DNA from: Octopus bimaculoides
Taxonomy: Eukaryota
Assembly (NCBI RefSeq): GCF_001194135.2
Contig: NC_068984.1
Coordinates: forward strand, 11,986,266 to 12,050,265
Direction: 5' to 3'
Length of the DNA stretch: 64,000 nucleotides
In this document: positions 26,372 through 39,290 of the stretch, one piece after another
Position numbering within the stretch: the first letter of the stretch is position 1
How the letters are laid out: each line of letters starts with the position of its first letter
Notes under the pieces: generated by a model
What the model saw: the letters and a program-made list of their open reading frames with translations, nothing else
The model's database searches: none
What the model was told of the DNA's origin: nothing
Program-made: the position numbers and the translations under genes

Positions 26372-27099
26372 GTAAGAAAGTGCTATTGTGGTTATTATTT
26401 AGCTCCAGGTTAGCTCTGATTAAGTAGACCTATGACTATAGGCTTTCCAGCCATGACTGCACCATTTGTATCACACACAGTCTATGTAGGTTTAAATTAT
26501 TCAGTGTGACACTTCTCTTTTAAAGGGTGTGACATGGCAGCTAACTCTACCAGGTTCACTTACTGCATAGAGGATCCCTTAGTTATTAGGGAATATTTAT
26601 AATTTTTGTATTTTTTCAGTTCAAGTACAACACTAATTTTGCAAAACCTTCCCTTCAAAAGCCTTTCCAGATGACTGATTTTTCTGAACCAGCAGTGGTC
26701 ACTTTGGTCAAAATATCCTAAATTAAATGCATAATAAATTGTAATAAATTATAATAATTATAATAAATTTACATAAACGAATAAAATACAGGTACATACG
26801 TATACATGAGTGTAAATTTATGCTGATTATCAATGTTGGAAAGTTTGTGTTGTACCTGTACTTTGTTGTGTTGTATTCAAATCAACTTATGTGTAAAGGA
26901 CTTCAACCTTATTATACATTAAGGTACTTCAAAAATGGTAAAAACCCACAAAAAATCCTATCACTACTAGTCTAAATTCTAGTAAATTATAATAAAGAAT
27001 CAGCTAATGGCAGAATTTCCTTATAAGAATTGCAACAAATAAACTATTGTTTTTTTCTTCTCCCCCACTAAAAACATGTAAAAAATTAATACATACATA

Positions 27100-27970
27100 C
27101 ATATAGAATCTAAAGTCTGGTCACAGCACCATATCAAAGTTGATGCTAATATCATGGTATGTGTCTCATTTGTTCTTTCTGCACTGTTGTATTCTTCTGA
27201 AACTTGGACAATGTACATGCTTCATGTAAAAATATTAGAAAGGTTTCACCAGAAATGCCTATGTCACATATACAGAATAAGCATGTCCTCACTGATTCCT
27301 GATAGAGGTTCTTACTGAAACTAGGATCAATCAATCCAAGCCATGCTTATTAAAAATCAACTATGATGGTGGACAGGTCATCTCTTCTGTATGGATGATG
27401 AGCACAGCCCCTGGCAAATGCTTTATGGTGAGCTTATGTTGGGAAAAAGAAACAATGATACAAAAACTCTTTAAAATCAAATTTGAAATGTCTTAGATTA
27501 AGTTACAAAAGTCTTGAATCACTTGTGACAGATAGGGAAGAATGGGGAGCTACAATTTGGAGCAGAATTAAAGATTTTGAGTTAAGAGTTAAGCATGCTG
27601 AAAGGAAAAAGAAGGTTTATAAAAATGAGATTAATATTAAGAGTGTTGCATGCGTTTCTCATTCTTTCTTTCGTTGTGCTTTATGCACAAAAATACGTAT
27701 ACTTCATACTGGTATGAGATCACACTAGTGCACCTATGCAGGTAAGGTACACATGAACTATTGGGATTTCATTCTGGATGACCAGTTTCAATGCCATGTT
27801 TGTCAAAAACCCTACAGGTCAAATGGAGGATTGAAGCAGCGCTTAAAACATTCATAATAAACAAGCTGAAGATAGAACCAATACTGACTGAGACATTACT
27901 GCAGTATTTGTGACCAGTTCTTCAAATGGCTTTCAGAGCTCAAAAGTCATTTAAGATCTTGAGCTAGGAA
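27100..27970 (+). mobile_element. Decayed RTE-BovB-like LINE 3' region
   Basis: LLYSSETWTMY, ERFHQKC, QMLYGELMLGKR, SLVTDREEW and C-terminal Cys/His-rich remnants. Confidence 0.75.
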
Positions 27971-28044
27971 AGAGCAATTATAGGTATCTGAAGAGGTTAA
28001 ACTCAGCAAGGAGCAGACAGCCACCATATATACATATATGTATA

Positions 28045-28340
28045 CATCATTCAAAATCCATTTTCCTTGCATGCTTGGGTAGGATGGATGACAGGAGCTG
28101 GCCAGGTAGACAAACTACCCAAGGTTACTGTGTCTGCTTTGGCAGGGATTTTACGGCTGGATGCCCTTCCTAACACTAACCACTCCAGAGAGTGGACCCG
28201 GTGCTTTTTACGTGGCACTAGCACAGGTGTGGTTAGTTTTAGCATGATTTTTACTGTTGGATGTCCTCCAAAACGCCAACCACGTTACAATGTGAACTGG
28301 ATGCTTTTAATGTGGCACCAGCATTGGCAGGGTAACCAAG
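28045..28340 (-). mobile_element. RTE-tail repeat
   Basis: GGATGCCCTTCCTAACACTAACC core at ~28159-28182. Confidence 0.8.
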
Positions 28341-29059
28341 TAACTCACATGATAAGGAATTATGAGAGGGGCAGGGAATTTGAGGAGGGGGAACTTGTGT
28401 CAGAGGATGAAAGGTTAGAGTGTGACAGAGAGACAGAAACAGATGTTTTGCTATGACAGAGAGCATTAGAGGAGGTGATCTAGTATCAAATGATGAAAGC
28501 TTAGTGAGTAACAGAGAAAAAGAGAGGCAAAAATGGGTGTCTTGCTATAGAGGAATTTATTTAGAACAGTTCCTACCACAGGTCACTTTTAGGTCACTTG
28601 CCAATTAAAGTAGATTCCACAGACAGCTCTACTACTGGGTCATACCACTCCCATGTTTTCCTTTTATTTCTTCTTCTTCTTCTTCTTCTTCTTCTTCACT
28701 GTCCCTTTCCTCAGCTGTTGCTGCTTAAACCATCAAACTTCAGAACCAAACATTTCTCTGCACCCATAAACACTATTTCTTCAGATCTGCTACTACCTAC
28801 TGAGCCTTCACAAAAGAAAACAGAGAGAGAGACAGACAGACAGACAGAAAAAAAAGAAAATGTCCTACCTATTTGAAGGCATGGAAACATTTACAACACA
28901 TTTCATTTAATTTTTTTCTTTAATTTAATTGTTTTTTTTTTGTTTTACTCTTAGTTGAAAAAGTCGAAAAGACTGAAACTGGTACTAACCTTTACAAAAT
29001 GTATTTCATGATAAGATTATTTTAACATTTTCTACCTTGTCTTATTTTCTTCATATATA

Positions 29060-30056
29060 TGTAGTGAAACTACCTCCCGCCATTAGATACAAACTACTAT
29101 CGCCATTACATACAATCTTCTCATTTAAATATAAATAAATGCGAGCGTAGTAGAGAACCCATTCCTTGTCCATCACGTGACTGATCATTATTCGAATCGG
29201 CAACTTCTTCGAACCTTTCCCGCCAGAACGCAAACTGACCAATCACGGCCCCTAATAAGGTCACGTGATAGAGTATATTTCTACCATCTGGTGAGCCAAT
29301 AATTTGTTATAAATAGCTTTAACTCGGCAGCCAAATTTGTCTCGGTCCAGTTTCTCTTTGAGAACTGTNNNNNNNNNNNNNNNNNNNNNNNNNNNNNNNN
29401 NNNNNNNNNNNNNNNNNNNNNNNNNNNNNNNNNNNNNNNNNNNNNNNNNNNNNNNNNNNNNNNNNNNNNNNNNNNNNNNNNNNNNNNNNNNNNNNNNNNN
29501 NNNNNNNNNNNNNNNNNNNNNNNNNNNNNNNNNNNNNNNNNNNNNNNNNNNNNNNNNNNNNNNNNNNNNNNNNNNNNNNNNNNNNNNNNNNNNNNNTGCC
29601 TCGACATCACAACTAGTGATCAGCTCTGCCAAACTCAGCCTCCCTCACTTTCACATACAGAACTTTTCCTATAGTGTACTAACGAACTGGTATAATTGTC
29701 CACGTGTTATTGACTCTCTTTCTCTCTGCTGTAATAACATACACACACATGTATCACTCACATACACACTTTTCTTTGTACGACGGCCTGTCTTTGATTA
29801 TGTTCTTATATGTCGCATTCACACTCTCACACAGACATACATCTTTAACACTACAATAAATATATCTGTTATTCATCTAATACGGTTGTGGTCTTTCATT
29901 ACTGGTCATCTATGTTATCGACGCATAACACATCATCTATATACATCATTGATATATATTTGAATGTTCGACCGTGTGACACGTTTAAATAAAAGGAGTC
30001 CTCTTTTTTTCCATTCGTCACCATATCTCCTTTTATGAGTTCGCACGGTCATTCCT

Positions 30057-30060
<4 letters not shown>
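29060..30060 (+). mobile_element. Probable solo LTR (~1 kb, contains a gap)
   Basis: Starts TGTAG, ends CTAACA, flanked by TATA/TATA inside a (TA)n tract; CCAAT at 29239 and 29296, TATAAATAG at 29308, AATAAA near 29855 and 29988; CpG retained, unlike the flanks. Confidence 0.65.
29369..29596. other. Assembly gap (228 N)
   Basis: Run of N. Confidence 1.

Positions 30061-30098
<38 letters not shown>
30061..30098. repeat. (TA)n microsatellite
   Basis: Direct reading. Confidence 0.97.
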
Positions 30099-30101
<3 letters not shown>

Positions 30102-30481
30102 GGAATTTACAAAAAACAAAGGATGAAGATAGGTGTGTAAACAACAAACAGGTGTATTAGTTTAATGCTCAGGAAAGTAGGAAAGTCTTTTACGTTTCAA
30201 GCCTACGCTCTTCAACAGAAAGGAACATGAGAAAAGAAAGAGCAACCTGGTGTTGAAATCGAGTTGGAATATTTTCACAATATTTGTTTTGTTAATGTCC
30301 TAAGGAAAGACAATGAACTTTAAAAAAAAACAACAACAAACAAGCAAAAGAACACTCACAATTGCTTCCTTACTTGAAATCAATGGAGTTAATCAGTTAT
30401 TAATTACAGCCACTGATTATGCAAAATGAAAAAAGAAAAGAGACCACAAAATATAAACATTTTATAATTGATTTGCCTAAG

Positions 30482-30486
30482 GAATA

Positions 30487-30518
<32 letters not shown>

Positions 30519-30582
30519 GATGATGAGGAGGAGGATGACGATGATGACAACAACAACAATGATGATAATAATAATAATAATT
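30482..30582. repeat. Compound (AAT)/(GAT)/(GAG)/(AAC) trinucleotide tract
   Basis: Direct reading; explains the N/D-rich and L/S-rich ORFs. Confidence 0.95.
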
Positions 30583-30699
30583 TCATAAACAACTGTGATG
30601 TGCGTAAGAAAGGGAATTTAGAAATGTCCATCAGTACCTTATTAATGATATGGGTGAATTTATTTAAAAAGAATATAAAAACAAAAATGTATTTAACAT

Positions 30700-31311
30700 T
30701 TATAGGTGCCAGCATGGTTGAGTGGTCAAGGAGCTTGTTTTTTTCAACCACATGGTTTTAGGTACAGTCCCACTGCATGGCAGCTTGGGCAAGTGTCTTC
30801 AGACTGACCAATGCTTTGTGACAGAATTTGGTAGATGAAAACTATATGAAAGCCCATCATGTGTGTGTGTGTGTTTGTCAATCCTCCCACCTTGAGAACC
30901 AGCTTTGGTTTTATTTTTTATATTTTTGGAACTTAGTGGTTTAGCAAAAGAGACGAATAGAATAAGTATCAGACTTCCTTCAAGACATTGCTCCATCATG
31001 GCCATTGTCCAATGGCTGAAACAAGTAAAAAATAAAAGATAATCTCAGTATGTGAATGTTACTTATTTTATCATCCTCAGAAAGATGCAAAAAAAAAATG
31101 TCAATCTTGGCAAGATTTGAACTCAGAACATAAAGAGAGTAAACTAAAAACCTTTGTGGGCATACTTTTAAAGGCTTTATCCAAATGGACAAAGAATACC
31201 TAATTCTTAGCTTATGGTTCCGGGTTCAGTCCCACTGCGTGGCACCTTGGGCAAGTGTCTTCTACTATAGCCTCAGGTGGATTGGTAGACGGAAACTGAA
31301 AGAAGCCCGTC

Positions 31312-31359
<48 letters not shown>

Positions 31360-31575
31360 GTATGTGTGTGTATATGTTTGTGTGTCTGTGTTTGTCCCCC
31401 CAACATCGCTTGACAACCGATGCTGGTGTGTTTACATCCCCGTAACTTAGCGGTTCGGCTAAAGAAACCGATAGAATAAGTACTAGGCTTACAAAGAATA
31501 AGTCCTGGGGTCGATTTGCTCGACTAAAGGCGGTGCTCCAGCATGGCCGCAGTCAAATGACTGAAACAAGTAAAA
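30700..31575 (+). mobile_element. Cluster of SINEs: decayed A (30700-31030), inverted B fragment (31040-31180), young A lacking its extreme 5' end (31210-31575)
   Basis: 31210-31575 is nearly identical to 35505-35875. Confidence 0.85.
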
Positions 31576-32137
31576 GAATAAATCAATTTAAGAGGATAAC
31601 TGTAACCTATGATCTGCTGTAGGTGAGAGGTTATGGAAGACCTGTATTGCTCCTTTCTGCAAGTGATATCTCCACCAGATCTGTCAAAAGGATGGATGAA
31701 CATAGTGTAGGATCAATGACTATCTAGCAATAGCACAGGCCCTCAGAAATTCTGGGTTGGTGTCTGACATGCTGGAAGACCACTGGGAGTGAAGCACCCC
31801 TTAACTTTTGTTAAACCATGTCTCCAGAACTTGCTTGAAACACAGGCTATGTCTGCTCCAATAATCAACAGTGACTTGGCTAGCGAATCCTCTGCAACAG
31901 TCGACAGCAAGATGAGCTGTCATGGACCACACTATCCAAAGGTGTGTATGCATGTGACCAGGGACCCCCATGTAAACTTGTATTCCCACTGAAACTCTAA
32001 GCATGAAGTTGCTCAGAGCTGGCTCAACCCACCTCAGGTAGATGCTGCTGCAACTAAAAGTAAAATACCTCCATTATAGTGTAGAATCATTTTGTACTTG
32101 AGTTGTCCTTGATTATCATTATTTTTATAAGATAAAG

Positions 32138-32432
32138 TGTAGGCACAATGGCCCAGTGGTTAGGGCAGTGGACTCGCGGTTTGATTCCCAGACCGGGCAT
32201 TGTGAGTGTTTATTGAGCGAAAACACCTAAGCTCCATGAGGTTCTGGCAGGGGGTGGTGGCGACCCCTGTTGTACTCTTTCACCCCAACTTTCTCTCACT
32301 CTGTCTTCCTGTTTCTAGAATAACACTGCGATGGACTGGCATCCCATCCAGCTGGGGGGAACACATACGCCATAGAAACCAGGAAACCGGGCCCATGAGC
32401 CTGGCTAGGCTTTGAAAGGGCGACGTTTATCA
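32138..32432 (+). mobile_element. SINE family C with 14-bp TSD, inserted at the head of a family B SINE (32447-32660)
   Basis: tRNA-like head GGCACAATGGCCCAGTGGTTAGGG; TTTATAAGATAAAG at 32124-32137 and 32433-32446. Confidence 0.85.
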
Positions 32433-32679
32433 TTTATAAGATAAAGCAGCGAGTTTAAGCAGAATCATTAGCATGTCAGAAAAAAAGCTGAGCAGTATTT
32501 CTTCTGGGTTTTTATGTTCCAAGTTCAAATCCCACCAAAGTCAACTTTGCCTTTCATCCTTTCAGTGTTGATGAACTGAAGTGCCTGTCGAGCACTGGAG
32601 TTGATGTAATCTGCTAACTCACACCCTGTAAAATTGCTGACCTTGTGCTAATATTTGAGTAATTATTGTTCTCATTAAG

Positions 32680-32900
32680 GTGGTGAGCTGGCAGAACTTT
32701 TAGCATACTGGACAAAATGCTTAGTGGCATTTCATCTGTCTTTATGTTCTGAGTCCAAATGCTGCTGACGTTGACTTAGCTTTTCATCCTTTTGGGGCCA
32801 ATGAAGTAAGCACCAGTTGAGCACTGGGGTTGATATAACTGTCTGGCCCTTTCTCTCAAAATTTCAGGCCTTGTGCCTGTAGTAGAAAGGATTATTATTA
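32680..32900 (+). mobile_element. SINE family B
   Basis: TAAGGTGGTGAGCTGGCAGAA head, CTTTTCATCCTTTTGGGG core, TTTCAGGCCTTGTGCCTGTAGTAGAAAGGATTATT tail. Confidence 0.8.
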
Positions 32901-33229
32901 CCATTAAGATAAAGAATAGTGTTGGTTTAAAATTGTTAGAGCATCAGAGCATTAGAGTAGTATTTCTTTTAGACTTTCATTTTTGGGAGTCAATAAAATA
33001 AAGTACTAATCAACCAATGGGGTTAATGAGATTACAAACTTCTTTCCCCCAATTTCAATCCTTGCACCTATACTAGAAACAGGTGTTACAGTGATGGGAC
33101 TGAAGCAACAACAGTGACACAATAAATGCTTTGTGAAATTTAGTTTAAATTTTTGTGTTCAAAGTTCAAATCATACCTAGGTTATGTCCTTGGGCCCATG
33201 TGAGAAATTCTTATACATTTTTCTTCAGT

Positions 33230-34500
33230 TCAATACTGGTCTTATTTTTAAAAAAATCTTTATCATACCAACATCTTCAATGTCGAGCGCAATGGAATTA
33301 ATTGATTAGTGTTGTGTTATTGATATTTAGTTCTAGCAAAACCATGCCTTTTATCATAGTCTGCAACCACTAGTAGAGTAAAATTTCATATCCGATGCCT
33401 TAAAAAATGTCCAAACAAATCCATGGTTTTAATCATTGAGCTATCAAAACTGATCAAATAGCAGATAGCTTTTGACTAGGGTGGGTTGACAAATGAATAT
33501 TCAAAATTTTCTTGGAATTAAGGTAACCTTGTTACTGATGTCCACTTACATATCCAAACTAATGCTATAAAATTCAACTTGAAGTAAAACAAATTTTTTT
33601 CCTTGCCTTGTAGTGTAAATACATTTGTTGCAGCATCAGAGCATTTATTATCAATTTATTCAACATATTCCGTGCTTTTCTTTTTAAAGCTACAAGCTAA
33701 TTGAAAGTGGGTCTTTTATTATGCAATATGCATATCCTTCCAAATGCAGGAAATTTTCCCCTCTTTAATAAACGCATGTTCATAACCACAAAATTTGCAT
33801 TTCGATAATTTCTTCATTTTGGACAAGAAATTAGCATAAGCATCTCTTAGCTCTAATTCACAAGAAATATCGACACTATTAAAATGTGAAATCATTTCTT
33901 GCTGTTGCATGAAGTTGAAACATGCATTGAGTGACATATTTTGGATGTAAGATACATATCCTCAATGAATTTCATTTGTATTCATCTTTAATACTTCAGT
34001 CAGGATGACCTAGCTTATCAAATTCACACCATCAAGATCCATTATAAAGCTGATATGAAAAGTTTTAGATAGAGTCCAGAAGATTCTTAACACAGAGACA
34101 TAAACCTGGTTTGTTTGCAATGACCAAATGCTTTTTAGTTCTTATATTATTCGTTATCATCTCCCATATTTGATTGAAACAAATAACCTCGACCTGCTTT
34201 GGATGAACTATTATTGATACCTTCAGTTTGGCTTCATTTACCAGTTTTTGATAAAAATAAATCTGTTATATCCTTTGGATCAGCACATTCATCATTATCT
34301 TTTAATTTCTTTATTTTAAAGGTAATTGCAAAATATCTTAACCATGCTTCAACAAGGTCAGAATCAGTCAGCCCCAATGTGGATCCTATTGGTAATACCA
34401 ATAATTCAGAAAGGTATATCAGCAATGAATAGTTTGACAAAGAATATTTATATAACAGATGAAATACAATACAGAGATGAAGATCCAGTATAGCATATAC
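33230..34500 (-). mobile_element. Decayed Ty3/Gypsy-like gag-protease region
   Basis: Gag-like LVEAWLRYFAITFKIKKLKD...ITDLFLSK and MSLNACFNFMQQQEMI, knuckle-like CKFCGYEH, then LDM*VDISNKVTLIPRKF (degenerate D-T/S-G protease site, ~33500-33560). No LTR is attached. Confidence 0.65.
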
Positions 34501-34799
34501 AAAGGGTCACTTTAGTTAGCTTAAAGGCGCACTTCCATTTATCCATCTGTTTGCATTTTGCTTTGTCTTCTGACCACAAGGTACTGACTGTCCCAGGAAA
34601 TATAACCTAGCATGGAAACAGGTGAGTGTTGGCAACAGGAAGAGCATCAGGCTATAAACAATCTACCTCAACAAATTTTGCCTGATCTGTATGAGCATGA
34701 AAAAGCTAACATTAAAACAACAATGATGGTGATGACATACGTGTCAACATACATACATACAAACAAACATATTTAAGCTTAGACTTAAGTGTTCCCACG

Positions 34800-35160
34800 T
34801 TGGGGGGAGCATGAGGCAGTCAAAGCACTCCAGGAGGATTGGTCAACAGCCACCCTCAGTGCATTTTATTTTAGACTTCCAAGATAAAGGACCCTGTTGA
34901 TTGTCTGGCACCAATTCATCTTGGGACCTCCCCTATACTGTTGCTCCTAAAAGTTCCACTTAAGGACTTGATTGGTGACATGTCCCATGTCCCAGCCAAA
35001 TTAGTTGGTTTTTGAAGATGGTGATGGACACTAGGCATTGGTCTGCTCTTCTTCTGACCTTTTATTTGCTGATAAAATCATTCCATATATACTGTACAGG
35101 GAATTCATGACAGTTTGCACAAAGGGAAAAGAATACACTATATCCCATCCAAAAAGAAAA
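34800..35160 (-). mobile_element. RTE LINE C-terminal fragment
   Basis: Degenerate W.GH..RM / G.R..G.P..TW-like region on the minus strand; weak. Confidence 0.45.
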
Positions 35161-35204
35161 GTATTCTAAAAAAATAAAAAAATACCAACCTGTATTATGG
35201 CTGG

Positions 35205-35475
35205 GTGGTAACATTTTACTCAAAGAAGCCTCTTTCAGCTTCTACCATGGCCTCAAGACCACTCTAGAACCTGGAGAATATATTCCTCACTGCATCCCTT
35301 GAAAGATCTTTGAACACCACCTTGATCTTGGCCATCAGCTTGGTCTTGGTGTTGCAGGCAGAGTGGTTGGGGTCTTACCCAACCATGCCCTTCACACAGT
35401 AATCCATGGAGTTACAATTGGAGGAATTACGAGGTCAGAAATTGGGGATGGCAAAGTCATAGAAATTCTCCACCT
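35205..35475 (-). mobile_element. DD37D mariner C-terminal fragment, cut by the adjacent SINE
   Basis: ENFYDFAIPNF*PRNSSNCNSMDYCV...GLEAMVEAERGFFE*, same family as 2790-3460. Confidence 0.8.
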
Positions 35476-35626
35476 GGCTGTGTGGTAAGTAGCTTGCTTA
35501 CCAACCACATGGTTCTGGGTTCAGTCCCACTGCGTGGCACCTTGGGTAAGTGTCTTCTACTATAGCTTCGGGCCGACCAAAACCTTTTGAGTGGATTTGG
35601 TAGATGGAAACTGAAAAGAAGCCCGT

Positions 35627-35663
<37 letters not shown>

Positions 35664-35892
35664 GTATGTGTGTGTATATGTTTGTGTGTCTGTGTTTGTC
35701 CCCCCAACATCGCTTAACAACCGATGCTGGTGTGTTTACGTCCCCGTAACCTAGCAGTTCGGCAAAAGAGACCGATAGAATAAGTACTAGGCTTACAAAG
35801 AATAAGTCCTGGGGTCAATTTGCTCGACTAAAGGCGGTGCTCCAGCATGGCCACAGTCAAATGACTGAAACAAGTAAAAGAGTAAAAGAGTA
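35476..35892 (+). mobile_element. Young near-full-length SINE family A
   Basis: CpG retained; TGTGGTAAGTAGCTTGCTTACCAACCACATGGTTC head, (TA)(TATG)(TG) centre, AGTAAAAG tandem tail. Confidence 0.9.
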
Positions 35893-36099
35893 ACCACTTC
35901 TGACTTTTTCTGGAGGTATGGTAAGGAACCTAATCCTGGTGTTGTACATATGTCCTTCCAGGAGCAACCCTCTCCAGTCAGGGATTCACCACATTCCCCA
36001 GCAGATTCACAAACTCAGTGAGGAGCTCAATTGAAAAAGACACCAATCACTCTGCCTACAACATCAAGACTAAACTGGTCAAGAAGCAGAAAAAAAAAA

Positions 36100-39012
36100 A
36101 AGTTTGCTAATGTTCTGCAGCTTGAGGACCAGAGGCATGAGGTGAAGACTGTCTGAGAAAACCATGATGTTGTAGAAGTGTGTTTGGGTGGATAATGGTT
36201 TACTTGCACTTGGTGATTTTGCAAAGAAAGAGACATAGAAATGCCACTATGAAATGTAAAGAATGCGCAGGAGAATGAGAATCTTCCTAATGTGGACCCT
36301 ACAGAGAGACCAGCTACCCAATTTGGCAGCAGCATGATAAATAAAGTAATTACGGATATGGAGACAGGTAAAGCCCTTGGCCCATCAGGAATTACAGCCA
36401 AGATGCTTAAAATCTCTGGTTGAATGGGATATGGCCTAGTCATCTGTATAGTTAATCAGGTTGTCCAGGAAGGGGTCATATCCAATGACTAGTATAACAG
36501 CATTATAGTCAACTGCTACAAAGGTAGAGGTGATACTTTTAGACAGTAGCAATTAAAGAGGTATCAAATTACTGGACCAGGTCATGAAAGTTACAGAAAG
36601 GGCCATAGCTCAACTAATTAGGAAGAGAGTTAGTCTAGATGAGAGGCAGTATGGTTTTGTGCCAGGTAGAAGTACTGCTGACACTATTTTTCTTGTAAGG
36701 CAACTGCAGAAGCATTTAGTGAAAAATATACTGTTGTACTTGGAATTTGTTGATATGAGAGAAGGCCATTGACAGGGTAGCTTACTCCCTCATCTGCTGG
36801 TCAATGTGAAAGCTGGGATTGATGAATGGCTGATAAAAGCCGTCCAAACCATGTATAGGTATGCTATTAGAAAAGCAAATGTTGGTAATGAGTAATACAG
36901 TGAATTTAGTGAGCAGGTTGGAGTTCATCAAGGATCAGTTCACAGACTTCTCTTGTTTATCATCATTGTCCAAGTCATAACAGAGGAATTTGAGAATGGT
37001 TGCTCTTGGGAGCTCCTCTATGTTGATGACCTCATTCTTATAGTTGAAACTCTACCAGAATTAGAGAAGAAATTTCAGGTGAGGAAGCAAGGCCTAGAAT
37101 CAAAGGGCTTTAGATTTAATTAAGCAAAGACCAAAATAATAGTAAGCAAGAAAGCAGAGAAATTACTTATTCTATCTCGGAAATGGCCCTACTCAATATG
37201 TAAAAAAGGTGTAGCTAAAAGTTCCATGTGGTGTACCCAGTGCAAGCTATGGACACAAAAGAGCTGCAGTGGATCATAAGAAGATAAGCAGAGAAAGTAG
37301 TCTTTTTGTGTAGCAGTTGTGCAGGTATAATAAACACTAGGAATGTACAGAGAATAGATTTTCTCAAATGTTGGTGGTGACAGCGGGAGGGAGGGGGCTT
37401 AGTCCTTAGAAGTAGTCAATAGCTTTTGTTACCTAGGCAACCAAGTAAGCAGTCAAGAGGGATGTTCTGAAAGCTTAGTTGCAAAGTTCAGAGAGCTGCT
37501 ATCTTACTACTACCTTTGTTGGTAGCAAAGGGCCTCTCCCTCAGAGAGAAAGGCAGATTGTATGATGCCTGCCTGTGTATGGACAGCTATGCTACATGGN
37601 NNNNNNNNNNNNNNNNNNNNNNNNNNNNNNNNNNNNNNNNNNNNNNNNNNNNNNNNNNNNNNNNNNNNNNAGAAAGGCAGATTGTATGATGCCTGCCTGT
37701 GTATGGACAGCTATGCTACATGGCAGGGAAACATGGGCTGTAAGTGCAGAGGATATACAAAGGCTTGAAAGAAATGAAGCCAGTATGCTCTGCTGGATGT
37801 ACAACGTTAGTGTACGTGTGACAAAGTTTAGCTGTATTGAGAGAAAAACTGTGTATAAGAGGCATCAGATGTAGTGTACAAACAAGAAAACTGAGCTGGT
37901 ATCGTGATGTGAAACATATGGATGAAGACAGTTGCATAGAAGAATGCCAATCTCTAAATGTGTAGAGAACCTGTGGAAGAAGAAGACCTGAGTACAGAGG
38001 ATATGCAAAGGCTTGGATGTGTAATGTCAATGTGCATATATGTATGACAAAGTGTAAATATTTTAAGAGAAAATTACAAGAGGCATCAGAAGAGAGAAGA
38101 CTGCTGTTATGGTCATATGATGCAAATGGATGAGGACAGTTGTATATAGAAGTACTGGTCTCTAGATGTGGAGGGAACCTGTGAAAGTGGAAAACTTAGG
38201 AAGATTTGGGATGAAATAGTGAGACATGACCTTCAGATGTTGAGCCTCACAAAGGAAATGATAAAAGGTCAGAACAAGTGCCAATTTGCTGTGCTTGAGA
38301 AAACCTGTCCCTGCTGAAAAAATTTAGGTCATAAAACCATGTCCTTTATGGCTATGCCCCAACCCCTGCACACAATCTGTCCCTTGCTAAACTTCCGCCA
38401 CAACCCATCTTACAAACACCTCCCCCTTTCCCTCACCATCTGCTGTGTTCTCCTCCCTTCTCTTTCAGGTACCTACCTGCACTCATTAGGTCTTATTTGA
38501 ATCTCTTCCCATAGCATATCCTCCTACAACTCACTCCCCTGCCTGTACCCACTTGTTATATTCTCCCCCCCCCCTCCTCCATCAACCATTCTCTTTTTGC
38601 AATCTTGTGAACTCACCCACCCATGCACTTCTCCAGTCCCTAGTCAACTCACCCCCACACTCCTCGCTATCACATCTTCCTCTCTCTCTTTCTCTCACTC
38701 TCTCTCCACCTGAGGTAGCCATATTTCCCCTCTAATGCAAGACTCCTTTTTTCCTGTCCCTCAGTAATACTCCTCTCTCTGTTAAGAGGTCTTGTCTTGC
38801 AAGTTACTTGGCAATCTCACCTGCTGCTGGTGCCACATAAAAAGCACCCAGTACACTCTGTAAAGAGGTTAGTCTTAGGAGGGACATCCAGCTATAAAAA
38901 CCATGGCAATGCAGGCAGCATCGCTTGGTGCAGTCTTCTGACTTACCAATTCCTTTTGAATTGTCCAACCCATGCCAACATGGAAAATGGACATTGAATG
39001 ATGATGATGATG
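36100..39012 (+). mobile_element. Decayed RTE LINE (RT, Cys/His insert, duplicated C-terminus, 3' UTR and tail)
   Basis: QYGFVPGRSTADTIFLVRQLQ, VGVHQGSV, LLYVDDLIL (YVDD 37019-37030), CKKGV..SMWCTQCKLW; tail with GGGACATCCAGC...(GAT)n ending at ~39012. Confidence 0.85.
37600..37670. other. Assembly gap (71 N), probably spurious
   Basis: 37547-37599 is repeated exactly at 37671-37723. Confidence 0.95.
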
Positions 39013-39050
39013 ATACACACACATACATACACATACTCACATATATATAT

Positions 39051-39290
39051 TACTTTTTTACTTGTTTCAATCATTTGACTGCAGCCATGCTGGAGCACTG
39101 CCTTAAAGAGTTTTAGTCAAAGAGATCGACCCCCAGGACTTACTCTTTCTAAATTTCATACTTACTTTATCAGCCTCTTTTGCTGAACTGTTAAGTTACA
39201 GGGACATAAATACATTAGCACTGGTTGTCAAGCAGTGGAGGGAGGACAAACACAGACATAAAGACATACACACACAAATATATATATACA
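39051..39290 (-). mobile_element. SINE family A, 3' half
   Basis: Reverse complement of the A body and tail (GCCATGCTGGAGCAC, ATCGACCCCCAGGACTT). Confidence 0.8.

Noticed and set aside
26615-26722. Plus-strand terminal exon candidate FKYNTNFAKPSLQKPF...
   Set aside because: Good acceptor and 33 open codons, but no upstream exon or recognisable homology.
29261-29963. ORFs spanning N-gaps (also 37562-37874, 39541-40039)
   Set aside because: Open only because N hides stop codons.
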